A DNA stretch of 64,000 nt, taken from positions 1-64,000 of IMG/VR virus record IMGVR_UViG_3300048599_000435. One strand, given 5' to 3'. Made by a program: the position numbers and the translations under genes. How positions within the stretch are numbered: the stretch's first letter is position 1; each line of letters starts with the position of its first letter. The stretch is from a virus. The notes beneath the pieces are model-generated. The model ran no database searches. It saw only the letters and a list, made by a program, of their open reading frames with translations, and had not been told where the DNA came from. Below are positions 26,107-33,873 of the stretch, in pieces.

Positions 26107-26789
26107 TGTCCGAGGACGAGCGGGCGCTGCTCAACACGGTGATCGCGTACCCGGCCGATGACGTGCCGAGGTTGGTGTACGCGGACTACCTCGAAGAGAC
26201 GGCGACGCGGTCGATGTGCGAGGCGTGCGACGGGACAGGTGTCATCGAGTCCGGCCAGGGCCGGCAGAAGGTGTGTGCGGCCTGCACGCTCGGGTACGTC
26301 AGTGACGGCCGGGCGGAGCGGGCCGAGTTCATTCGCGTCGGCTGTGAGTTGGCGTCGATGGGGTTTCCGGGTCCACTCTCGATGGCGGTGGCACGCACGG
26401 CGGCGGCGAGCAAGCATACGGACATGGACCCGCTTGTCCCGAGCCAGGTGCTGTCGTTCCGGCTGGCCGAGTTGTTCGTCCAGTGGAGCGAGTCGTGGGG
26501 CGACAGTCCGGGGTATACGCTGTGGTCGCGGGGGTTCGTTGACGAGGTGCGGTGTGACGAGAGGTGGTGGTACGGGATGCCGTGCGGCCGGTGCTCGGCA
26601 AGTGGTGACACCGGGCTGATGTTTTACAAGGCGTGTGCCAGTTGCGATAACGGATACGTTGGCGACCACGGGACGAGAATCGTCAGTGTCCATCCTGTCA
26701 GGAGAGTGGTATTTCCAAGCGGTCTGATGGAACTTGGCAAGAGGGCGATTGACGCGGCCCGTTACCGATGCCGAATGGTGGGCGATTAA
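26106..26789 (+). CDS. TIGR02996 domain-containing protein (family paralog)
   Basis: DDVPRLVYADYLEE, AEFIRVGCEL, RGFVDEVRCDERWW. Confidence 0.7.
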   Translation: MSEDERALLNTVIAYPADDVPRLVYADYLEETATRSMCEACDGTGVIESGQGRQKVCAACTLGYVSDGRAERAEFIRVGCELASMGFPGPLSMAVARTAAASKHTDMDPLVPSQVLSFRLAELFVQWSESWGDSPGYTLWSRGFVDEVRCDERWWYGMPCGRCSASGDTGLMFYKACASCDNGYVGDHGTRIVSVHPVRRVVFPSGLMELGKRAIDAARYRCRMVGD

Positions 26790-27286
26790 TGGGTTTAGAC
26801 CCGCGATGGCTGGCGGTGATCGAGGGCGGCACGGCGGCCGTCACCGTAGGTCCGTCGGCCGTCGTTCCCGGCGAGCCGCAGGACTCGGTGACAATCTCCG
26901 TCCCGCCGTCGGTCAACAACTTGTATTTGACAGCGAAAACTGGGCGGAGGGTGTTGACGCCGTCTGGTCGGGCGTGGAAGGACGAGGCGGTGATAAAACT
27001 GAAGGCGATGCGGAAGCCGGAGAGGTATCCGGTGACGGTCCACTGGACGATCAACGAGTGGGTGAGGGTGAACCGAGACGGGGCGAACACGGAGAAGGCC
27101 CTGGTCGATTGTATGGTCGAGGCGGGGATATTGGCAGCGGACGACGTGCGACACATCGTAGGCGAGACGTGGAGTTACCGGCCGGTGGAGGGCGGAGTCG
27201 GCGTGACGGTATGGTGGGAATATGCGGAAGAGACGGCTGAGAAACCAAAAACGGCCCGCAGGAGGAAGACAGGTGGAACCGATTGA
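26789..27286 (+). CDS. rusA: RusA family crossover junction endodeoxyribonuclease
   Basis: VPPSVNNLY, GRRVLTPSGRAWKDE, DGANTEKALVDCMVEAGILADD. Confidence 0.75.
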   Translation: MGLDPRWLAVIEGGTAAVTVGPSAVVPGEPQDSVTISVPPSVNNLYLTAKTGRRVLTPSGRAWKDEAVIKLKAMRKPERYPVTVHWTINEWVRVNRDGANTEKALVDCMVEAGILAADDVRHIVGETWSYRPVEGGVGVTVWWEYAEETAEKPKTARRRKTGGTD

Positions 27287-27545
27287 GTTCGTGCCTTTGC
27301 CGCCCAGAATGACGGACTTGTCTGGCCACAAGTCCGGGAGAATTACGATTCTCGGGTACGCAGGCAAGTCGGGCAGAAACGCCATGACGCTGTCTGTCGG
27401 AAGCGTGTCGATGACACTACCCGAGTGGTCCGAGAAAACCGGCATTGCGGAGCCTACTATCCGCGCCAGGATCAAGAACGGATGGAGTCCTGAGCGGGTT
27501 GTTGGAACTCCTACCAGAAAGGGCAATTACCGCCGAAAGAAATAA
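27273..27545 (+). CDS. small DNA-binding protein (homing-endonuclease-associated HTH-like)
   Basis: GTG after AGGAGG. MTLPEWSEKTGIAEPTIRARIKNGWSPERVV motif. Confidence 0.45.
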   Translation: MEPIEFVPLPPRMTDLSGHKSGRITILGYAGKSGRNAMTLSVGSVSMTLPEWSEKTGIAEPTIRARIKNGWSPERVVGTPTRKGNYRRKK

Positions 27546-27555
27546 GAAGAGTGAA

Positions 27556-27699
27556 GTGATTCCCGACGACAAGGTGGGGTGCGTGCGGGGCGGGAGTGAC
27601 GACTACCAACCGTTCGTCGGCGGTGTCGGGGTGCGGGTCTGGCTGGAAGAGGTGGAGCCGGCGGCAGTTAAACCGAAACCGAAGAGGAAGAAGAGATGA
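27556..27699 (+). pseudogene. RusA C-terminal remnant
   Basis: DDKVGCVRGGSDDYQPFVGGVGVRVWLEEVEP..KPKRKK aligns with the RusA tail DDVRHIVGETWSYRPVEGGVGVTVWWEYAEE..KTARRRK. Confidence 0.4.
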
Positions 27700-28058
27700 G
27701 CCGGGCCAGGAAGTTGCACGCTCGGTCGAGTGAGATTCCTCTTGTCATGCCGGTGAAGTTGCAAGCCAGGATCATGAAGGTCGTGGCAAAACGGTCTCTC
27801 TCACTCCGTCGCAACTCATTCTGGAGACCGAGACTGCGTTTCTTGGTGCTGAAGTGCGGTGACGTGCAGTTCGTGATTGAAGGAACTTCGGAGGTGGTCA
27901 ATTTCTCTCCCGTTTCGATTTGTCGTGAGTGTGGAGTCGATGTGCCGCTCAAATCGGGAACGCCGATCGGGATCGTCTGCGACTACCTGGCGGACAACGG
28001 ACACTTCGGGTCTGTCCTGCATGAACTGCTGATGCTGATCCGCGACAGCCAGAATTAG
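27696..28058 (+). CDS. hypothetical protein (lower-GC gene)
   Basis: 120-aa ORF with an ATGA overlap upstream. GC is visibly lower than in the flanks. Confidence 0.5.
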   Translation: MSRARKLHARSSEIPLVMPVKLQARIMKVVAKRSLSLRRNSFWRPRLRFLVLKCGDVQFVIEGTSEVVNFSPVSICRECGVDVPLKSGTPIGIVCDYLADNGHFGSVLHELLMLIRDSQN

Positions 28059-28114
28059 TCCGGCGTGGGGGTTAGAGTGGTCTGACTGCTCCGACCCCCG
28101 ACGAGGTTGACGAC

Positions 28115-28486
28115 ATGGGCCTCAAGACCGGCACGCTGGGTTCCGCGACGGATGCCGTCACGCTCCAGAAACCGAGTACAGATTCGTTCTGCCTCGTCAC
28201 CGTCACCGGCACGTTCACCGGGCTGGCGTTCACCGTCGAGGGGGCGATCGGTTCTGGCACCGATACTCCCAGCGCCTACGCCCCCGTCAGTTTTGTCAAC
28301 AGAGCGCTGTTCGCCCGTGACGTTGACGACGCCCTGTCCTCGCTGTCCACCTCGCAGACGCTGGAGATCAACGGGTCCGGCCTGAAATGGCTTCGGGTTC
28401 GCGCCACGGCCTGGTCCAGCGGGACGGCCGACGTGACCATCTACTCGGACGACGTGACCCCGCTGACGCAGCTTGGTGGCGGCTAA
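28115..28486 (+). CDS. hypothetical protein
   Basis: 123 aa, Thr/Ser/Gly-rich. Last gene of the plus-strand block. Confidence 0.5.
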   Translation: MGLKTGTLGSATDAVTLQKPSTDSFCLVTVTGTFTGLAFTVEGAIGSGTDTPSAYAPVSFVNRALFARDVDDALSSLSTSQTLEINGSGLKWLRVRATAWSSGTADVTIYSDDVTPLTQLGGG

Positions 28487-28505
28487 CCCGCGAACGTGCT
28501 GCCCA

Positions 28506-28532
28506 GTGCCAGTCTTTTCCTGCTGGCCCAGG
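28506..28532 (-). repeat. solitary CRISPR-repeat unit (SRU-a)
   Basis: 27 nt identical to the hairpin-containing 3' part of the array repeat, in the same orientation as the array. Confidence 0.6.
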
Positions 28533-28581
28533 AATCACCGGCCGGTCTCGCCTACCGATTGGCGGGATCGGCTTTCTGTCG

Positions 28582-29343
28582 TTACCGCAATGCCGCGTAC
28601 TCCATCGCCATTCGCAGGTCGCCATCCACTCGCCTGTAGACCTCGTCGTCCAGTTCTCGCTGGGTTGGTGTCGGCCGCTCGAACAGGTCGCCCCAGATCT
28701 CGGGCGGCAGTTCTTCCAATGAACAATTCCTGGTCGGAAATACGATAAATAGGTCAGCGAGTCTGTGGTCAGTAATCCTAATGTCCGTCGGCCGCATGGG
28801 CCACGAAACGTAGACGGGCGAGTCCGGCTCGTTCCACCGGCCGACGTGGAACGTCAGTTCCACATGCCTGTCTTCGTCTGTGGAGTACAGCGGCACCGGT
28901 TGCTGCACTTTGTACGGGCACACGATGGTGGTTTCGAGATCGCGAGACTCCGGGCGACGGAACACGACGAATGGTTCTCTTCGGTGCCGTCCGTCCATCT
29001 CTCTTGGCACGCACCTGACCTGCGGGAACAGGCGACCGGACGAACCTTTCAATCGGGAAAACTCAGGCGTATTCAGAGCGATAGCAGCCACACCAATCGG
29101 CGTCAGGTGTTTCAGTGATTGCTGTAGATTACCGGCGAATGCGTTGTTGAACGGGTGGAAGCTGACGAAGCGTGAGCGGATCATGCTCTTGGCCGTCTCG
29201 GTGTCTTCCGCCTTTCGCAGGCATTCGGCGAACGCCTCGTAGCCTTCCTCTTGGAAGTAGTCGGCGGCCACGAGCCAGGTCAGTCGGTTCGGGTTCTGGT
29301 CGATGCCGCGCAGCCACGACCGGATGTTGCTGTGGTCGATCAC
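28582..29343 (-). CDS. hypothetical protein with TIGR02996-like N-terminus
   Basis: LTWLVAADYFQEEGYE. GTGA overlap with the upstream gene. Confidence 0.55.
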   Translation of the reverse strand: MIDHSNIRSWLRGIDQNPNRLTWLVAADYFQEEGYEAFAECLRKAEDTETAKSMIRSRFVSFHPFNNAFAGNLQQSLKHLTPIGVAAIALNTPEFSRLKGSSGRLFPQVRCVPREMDGRHRREPFVVFRRPESRDLETTIVCPYKVQQPVPLYSTDEDRHVELTFHVGRWNEPDSPVYVSWPMRPTDIRITDHRLADLFIVFPTRNCSLEELPPEIWGDLFERPTPTQRELDDEVYRRVDGDLRMAMEYAALR

Positions 29344-29726
29344 TGGTGGCCCTCGGCGTCTGTCTTCATTTCAGCCATCGCCTCGTCCCGCTGGCGAACT
29401 CGAAAGGCAACGGCTTTGGCGAACATTTCGTCGACTCGCCGTCTGGTTTCGGGGCCACGGGTGGCGGAACCGGCCATGATTTCCAGTTTGGCGGACTCGA
29501 TTCCTTCTAGGACTGACACGGCCTGTTTGTATCGGTCCTCGGCCGGCCACTTGGCCATCAGTTCGTAGCGGAACCTGGTCGCCTCTTGCATGTCGGTCAG
29601 GTCCATCTGCATTCCCAGTCGGCAGAACCCGTCTTCGGTTTCCGGATCGTCGTCTCTGCCGGCCAAATCGTTGGCCATCGAGATTTCTATCAGTCGCTTG
29701 TACTCGTCCATTTGCTCTTGGGTCAC
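29340..29726 (-). CDS. hypothetical protein
   Basis: 128 aa, acidic, with an RBS-like GAGGG upstream. Confidence 0.5.
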   Translation of the reverse strand: MTQEQMDEYKRLIEISMANDLAGRDDDPETEDGFCRLGMQMDLTDMQEATRFRYELMAKWPAEDRYKQAVSVLEGIESAKLEIMAGSATRGPETRRRVDEMFAKAVAFRVRQRDEAMAEMKTDAEGHQ

Positions 29727-29735
29727 TGGTGGCCC

Positions 29736-30122
29736 TCATGCGGCGAAGATGTCGTCGAGGTCTGGGTTGTGTCGGTCGTCGCCGCTGGCGGGCACTTTCA
29801 GGACCGCGTCGGCCTCGGCGACAATGCGTTCCACGGCCCGGCGGGAGCACGTCCGGATCTGGTCCTTGTCGTCGGCCCCGACGAGCATGGCGGCGAGCAG
29901 GGCCGGCTCCAGGTCGATGCCGGCGGCGAACCAGCCGTCGCCCAGGTCGAGCCAGCCGTCCCACCACGCCGGCAGCGGTCGGGCAATCACATCCGCCGGA
30001 ATGCGGGCGTCGTGCCGGCACTGGCCGGGCCGGAACGGCTCGCGGTGCATCAGCCCGGCTAGAACCGGCACCCCGTCCTCGATTAACTGGTAAACCACGG
30101 CGATTGCCGGTCGGTCATCCAT
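29736..30122 (-). CDS. hypothetical protein
   Basis: 128-aa ORF of balanced composition. Confidence 0.5.
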   Translation of the reverse strand: MDDRPAIAVVYQLIEDGVPVLAGLMHREPFRPGQCRHDARIPADVIARPLPAWWDGWLDLGDGWFAAGIDLEPALLAAMLVGADDKDQIRTCSRRAVERIVAEADAVLKVPASGDDRHNPDLDDIFAA

Positions 30123-30125
30123 TGT

Positions 30126-30332
30126 CTACTCTCCGTTCTTGACGACGGGAATGATGCACGCCAGCCGGCTCTGGGTGCCGGTGACGTGGTCCGGCTCCTC
30201 GATGATTCCGTGGTGCAGGTCCAAGACCACGTCGTACAGTTCCTCGCCGATCTTGACCTTCACCGGCGTATCGCCGCCGATGTAGATGCGGCGGGCGAGT
30301 TCCTGGATCAGTTCGGTCGTTTTCATCGTCAT
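30126..30332 (-). CDS. hypothetical protein
   Basis: 68 aa; ATGA overlap with the upstream gene. Confidence 0.5.
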   Translation of the reverse strand: MTMKTTELIQELARRIYIGGDTPVKVKIGEELYDVVLDLHHGIIEEPDHVTGTQSRLACIIPVVKNGE

Positions 30333-30616
30333 GCCTTTCCTCCAGTTCTTTCGGCGTGCAGCCGGTCGGCCACGGCCCCGACGGCGGCGACCAAGGCGGA
30401 CACGTCGATGTCCAGCACGCGGGCCGTCTCCGCCAGCACGGTGGCCGGCGGCACCCGCTGTCCGAGGTAGTACCGGTTGACCGTGTTCACGGGCCGGCCG
30501 ATCCGCCGGGCCACCCGGTAGGCGGTCGTGTCCCGGTCGGCCATCAGGCGGCCGACGACGGTGCCGAACGCCTCGGCCCAGTCGCGGTCCCGGTCGTCGC
30601 TGCCGTCACGCACCAT
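30329..30616 (-). CDS. XRE-family HTH transcriptional regulator
   Basis: Trimmed to the ATG at 30616, after GGAGG. TTAYRVARRIGRPVNTVNRYYLGQRVP HTH. Confidence 0.65.
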   Translation of the reverse strand: MVRDGSDDRDRDWAEAFGTVVGRLMADRDTTAYRVARRIGRPVNTVNRYYLGQRVPPATVLAETARVLDIDVSALVAAVGAVADRLHAERTGGKA

Positions 30617-31769
30617 CTCGGTCACCTCCGGGCGGCCGGGCCAGCGCCTTGAAGGCGTAGCACAGGTCGCCACTGAACACGCCGATCGAGTCGGGGGCCG
30701 CCGCGTCGACGGCCAGTTCGACCAACCCGCCACCGAACTCGGCCGCCGCCCCGGTCACGTCTCGTAGGACGTCACCGGCGACCGCGAACGGCCGGCACTC
30801 GCCGTCGCACGGGACGTCGGCCGTCGTCTCCCCGTCGTCGCCGACCCCGGTCAGCGCCAGCCGGCCGCCGCCGACCCGCACCTCCATGCGGGCCACCCTC
30901 CTGTCCATCGCCAAGGCCGCCATCTTCACCGCCCGCGACAGGCCGGCGGCGTCGGCCACGAACCGGTTCGGCAGCGGCGAGACGGCCCGCAGCACCTGGG
31001 CGAACGGCGGCGGCCGGCTGGCACTGACCGGGCACCGGACCCACCACCCGTCGCCGTCGAGTCGCGCCCCGCAGGTGTACCCGTCGGGGCCGGCCAGGAC
31101 GCGGACGGCTACCGGCCCGGCGTCCAGGAAGGACATCATCAGGTCCGCCGCCGAGGCCGGGACCGGGGCCGCCAGTTGCGGGCCGTCGAACCGGGCCGCC
31201 ACGGCGAACACCTTCTTGTCCGTCGCCGCCGCCATCAGCCGGCCGGGGCCGCCGTCGTCGTCCGGGGTGGCGAACAGGACGACCGCCGCCGCGTGCATGG
31301 CCGACAGGTTCTCTTCAGTCCACACCCCGCAGGCCAGGCCGGTCGCCCCGATCAGCCGCCGGACGGTCGCCGCGTCCGTCGTCACCGTCGCCCGCACCCG
31401 GTCGTCGGCCGGCCACCGCCACGGGTGGGAGTCCGGGTCGAAGGCGGTTTTCGCCCGGTACGCCGGCGTGGTGTTCATTGCCGGCAGGCCGCCCAGGCAC
31501 GTCACCTCGACTCGGCCGAGCCGGGTCTCCTTGACGCACGCCACCGCGTCCTTGGAGAGCAGTGTGACGCCGCCCTCGCCGATGTCGGCCGGCACGGTCA
31601 GGCCGACCGTCGCCTCGGCCGAGCCGGCGACCAGTTCCACCGCCCCGGCCGCCGCGTCGGCCCGCACCAGCACCCGGCCCAGGACCGGGTTGACGGGCCG
31701 CGCCGGCAACGCCTTGGCGGCCAGCGCCAGCGCGGCGGCGAACGCCTTCCTGTCTATCTCGAACCTCAT
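30606..31769 (-). CDS. DNA polymerase III beta sliding-clamp-like protein
   Basis: Trimmed to MRFEIDRKAFAAALALAAKALPARPVNPVLGRVLVRA, a DnaN-like N-terminal pattern; 387 aa. Confidence 0.55.
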   Translation of the reverse strand: MRFEIDRKAFAAALALAAKALPARPVNPVLGRVLVRADAAAGAVELVAGSAEATVGLTVPADIGEGGVTLLSKDAVACVKETRLGRVEVTCLGGLPAMNTTPAYRAKTAFDPDSHPWRWPADDRVRATVTTDAATVRRLIGATGLACGVWTEENLSAMHAAAVVLFATPDDDGGPGRLMAAATDKKVFAVAARFDGPQLAAPVPASAADLMMSFLDAGPVAVRVLAGPDGYTCGARLDGDGWWVRCPVSASRPPPFAQVLRAVSPLPNRFVADAAGLSRAVKMAALAMDRRVARMEVRVGGGRLALTGVGDDGETTADVPCDGECRPFAVAGDVLRDVTGAAAEFGGGLVELAVDAAAPDSIGVFSGDLCYAFKALARPPGGDRDGA

Positions 31770-32530
31770 ACCGTTCCTCGCTGTGCTAGCAACTTCGACG
31801 CCCACCTGATCGCCGCCCGTGACAGATCCCACTCCGCGTCGGCCCGACTGGGGTACGAGTACCCGTGTTGTATGTGAGTGCCGGCTTGAAGCTCGGCGTG
31901 CAACTCTCTGGGTATGTACCGGCCGCCGTACTCGCTGTCCGCCCACCACCACTCGAATCCTGGGCCACGATGCTGTCTTCTCTGGTACAGCGTCGTCGGG
32001 TTGCAGTCGGCGAATTCCACGGTCTCCACCGGCTGGTGCCACACCAGTGCTGCCGCCATCGGCGGAACCTTGCCAGTCCCCTGGCAGTTCCAGCACCTGT
32101 GGCCGTCGGCCAGACTGCCCATGTACTTCTGCCCGTTGCACACCGGGCAAGTTTCGCCGATCCACTGGCGACACGTCGTCCGCACCTTGCTCACGAACCC
32201 GCGATCCCAGTAGCAAATCGTACCTTCCCGGTTTGGCGTCGGCGTCATTCCCACGCTGGAACACCGCCAGCCGCCTCGCGAATCATCCGTCAGGTACGGC
32301 ACTCGCAACTCGGTAACGACCACTTCGGCCAACTCGTGCATTCTGCACAGCAGTTTCTTCTCTCGACTGCCGGCCCCGTACTCGACGCCGAGTCGGATCC
32401 ACTCCGCGTATTCCGCCTTGCCGTTCTCTTCCAGGTAGTCGGCCGTCACTAGCCGGTGCAGGTCGGACCTCGGGTTGTCCCGCATCCCCCGCAGGAGGGC
32501 CTGATACCCGTCGCTGTCCCACACGCTCAC
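31766..32530 (-). CDS. TIGR02996 domain-containing protein (family paralog)
   Basis: GTGA-coupled start. HRLVTADYLEENGKAEYAEWIRL, RGFVSKVRTTCRQW, CPVCNG and CWNCQGTG. Confidence 0.7.
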   Translation of the reverse strand: MSVWDSDGYQALLRGMRDNPRSDLHRLVTADYLEENGKAEYAEWIRLGVEYGAGSREKKLLCRMHELAEVVVTELRVPYLTDDSRGGWRCSSVGMTPTPNREGTICYWDRGFVSKVRTTCRQWIGETCPVCNGQKYMGSLADGHRCWNCQGTGKVPPMAAALVWHQPVETVEFADCNPTTLYQRRQHRGPGFEWWWADSEYGGRYIPRELHAELQAGTHIQHGYSYPSRADAEWDLSRAAIRWASKLLAQRGTV

Positions 32531-33303
32531 GCGACATCCTCCGGCGGGTCCAGCCACTCGTCGGCGCTCTCGCGGATCACGGCCCAGTCGCCGATCTCGT
32601 CGCCAGACCAATCCACGTCGTCCAGGTCAACCCACTCCGCCTCACCGAACGGCTTGCCGATTTCTTCGCACGCCTGTTGTGGTCTGCCGAACAGGTGCGA
32701 CAGCAGTCCGCGATACGCCTCGGGCACGTTGTCCGGCTCGTCCTGCTCGTCCGGATCGTCCGACCAGTAAGTGTACCTTTCCATCCGCCGTAATCGGTTC
32801 ACGAGATCGGTGGCGAACACCCGCCAGTCGGTGTGGCACTGTGGGCCTTTCTCCCAATCGCCGTCCTCCCAGTACTGCATCGACCCGTCGGCGAACAGGA
32901 TGATCTGCTTGGTGTCGTGGTTGCCGAACGTCTCGGTCGAGGACGGGTTCAGGACGTCGACTTCCAGTTCCGAGTAGCACCACGAGCAGACCGCGTCCGG
33001 CACCAGGTCGCACGCATCCAGTCGCTCCCGGTCCCAGTCGCTGGGCAGCAGTTCGGCCAGCGACACCTTGAGGCCGAAGCCGGGTATGTACTCACGCCAT
33101 AGGCTCCGCAGCCGATCCGGCGTCACGGCCGTCCCCGCCGCCAGTCGTTCAAGTTCGAACTTGGCCAGCCCGACCGTCCGGCACCGCTCGGCCATCCGCT
33201 CCTCGCCGGCCTCCTGTAAGGCGTCGGCCAGGACCAGTCGAACGGCGTCGTTTTCGAGCGTGGCGGCGGCCAGCACCCGCACGTCTTCCGGCACGTCCGT
33301 CAT
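32527..33303 (-). CDS. hypothetical acidic protein
   Basis: Trimmed to the ATG at 33303; the track's N-terminal 111 aa are a translation of the CRISPR array. Confidence 0.6.
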   Translation of the reverse strand: MTDVPEDVRVLAAATLENDAVRLVLADALQEAGEERMAERCRTVGLAKFELERLAAGTAVTPDRLRSLWREYIPGFGLKVSLAELLPSDWDRERLDACDLVPDAVCSWCYSELEVDVLNPSSTETFGNHDTKQIILFADGSMQYWEDGDWEKGPQCHTDWRVFATDLVNRLRRMERYTYWSDDPDEQDEPDNVPEAYRGLLSHLFGRPQQACEEIGKPFGEAEWVDLDDVDWSGDEIGDWAVIRESADEWLDPPEDVA

Positions 33304-33371
33304 GGTGTCCTCCAGATACAGTTTATCACTGACCGTGTGGGCCGCAAGGTCGATAAAGCCTTCCAGTCGGG

Positions 33372-33848
33372 GTGCCAGTCTTTTCCTGCTGGCCCAGGTT
33401 GTTTGATACGCACGTGAGCCTCGGCACCCCGCCGAACTCGTCCGTGTGCCAGTCTTTTCCTGCTGGCCCAGGTTGTTTGACATGTCGGCGGGTGTCGGGA
33501 CGGTGGATATCGGGCCGGGGTGCCAGTCTTTTCCTGCTGGCCCAGGTTGTTTGATTGCGGCGCGTGAGCGTGGCCCAGTTGCCACCCAGGGCGTGCCAGT
33601 CTTTACCTGCTGGCCCAGGTTATTTGACGGTGTCACTTGGCACCGCCATTTTCGAGCCAGCGGTTGTGCCAGTCTTTTCCTGCCGGCCCAGGTTGTTTGA
33701 CGACTAGTGTCAGTAGCCCAGTGGCGTGGGCCAAGTCGCGTGCCAGTCTTTTCCTGCTGGCCCAGGCTGTTTGATGCTCAGGTTGTTTGACGTCGGTCTT
33801 GCGGATTCTGGGGGTGCCAGTATTTTCCTGCTGGCCCAGGTTGTTTGA
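33372..33848 (-). CRISPR. CRISPR array, 7 repeats (35-36 nt) with 38-39-nt spacers
   Basis: Repeats start at 33372, 33446, 33520, 33593, 33666, 33740 and 33814. Minus-strand repeat is TCAAACAACCTGGGCCAGCAGGAAAAGACTGGCAC, with a 3' hairpin GCCAG-N10-CTGGC. Confidence 0.85.
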
Positions 33849-33873
33849 TAGCAAAGGTCATAAACTATTACTG

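Noticed and set aside
33372-33854. ORFs 33633..33854(-), the first 111 aa of 32527..33636(-), several ~60-84-aa plus-strand ORFs, and 35580..35909(-).
   Set aside because: They are translations of the CRISPR repeats (recurring NNLGQQEKTGT / QPGPAGKDWH peptides), not genes.
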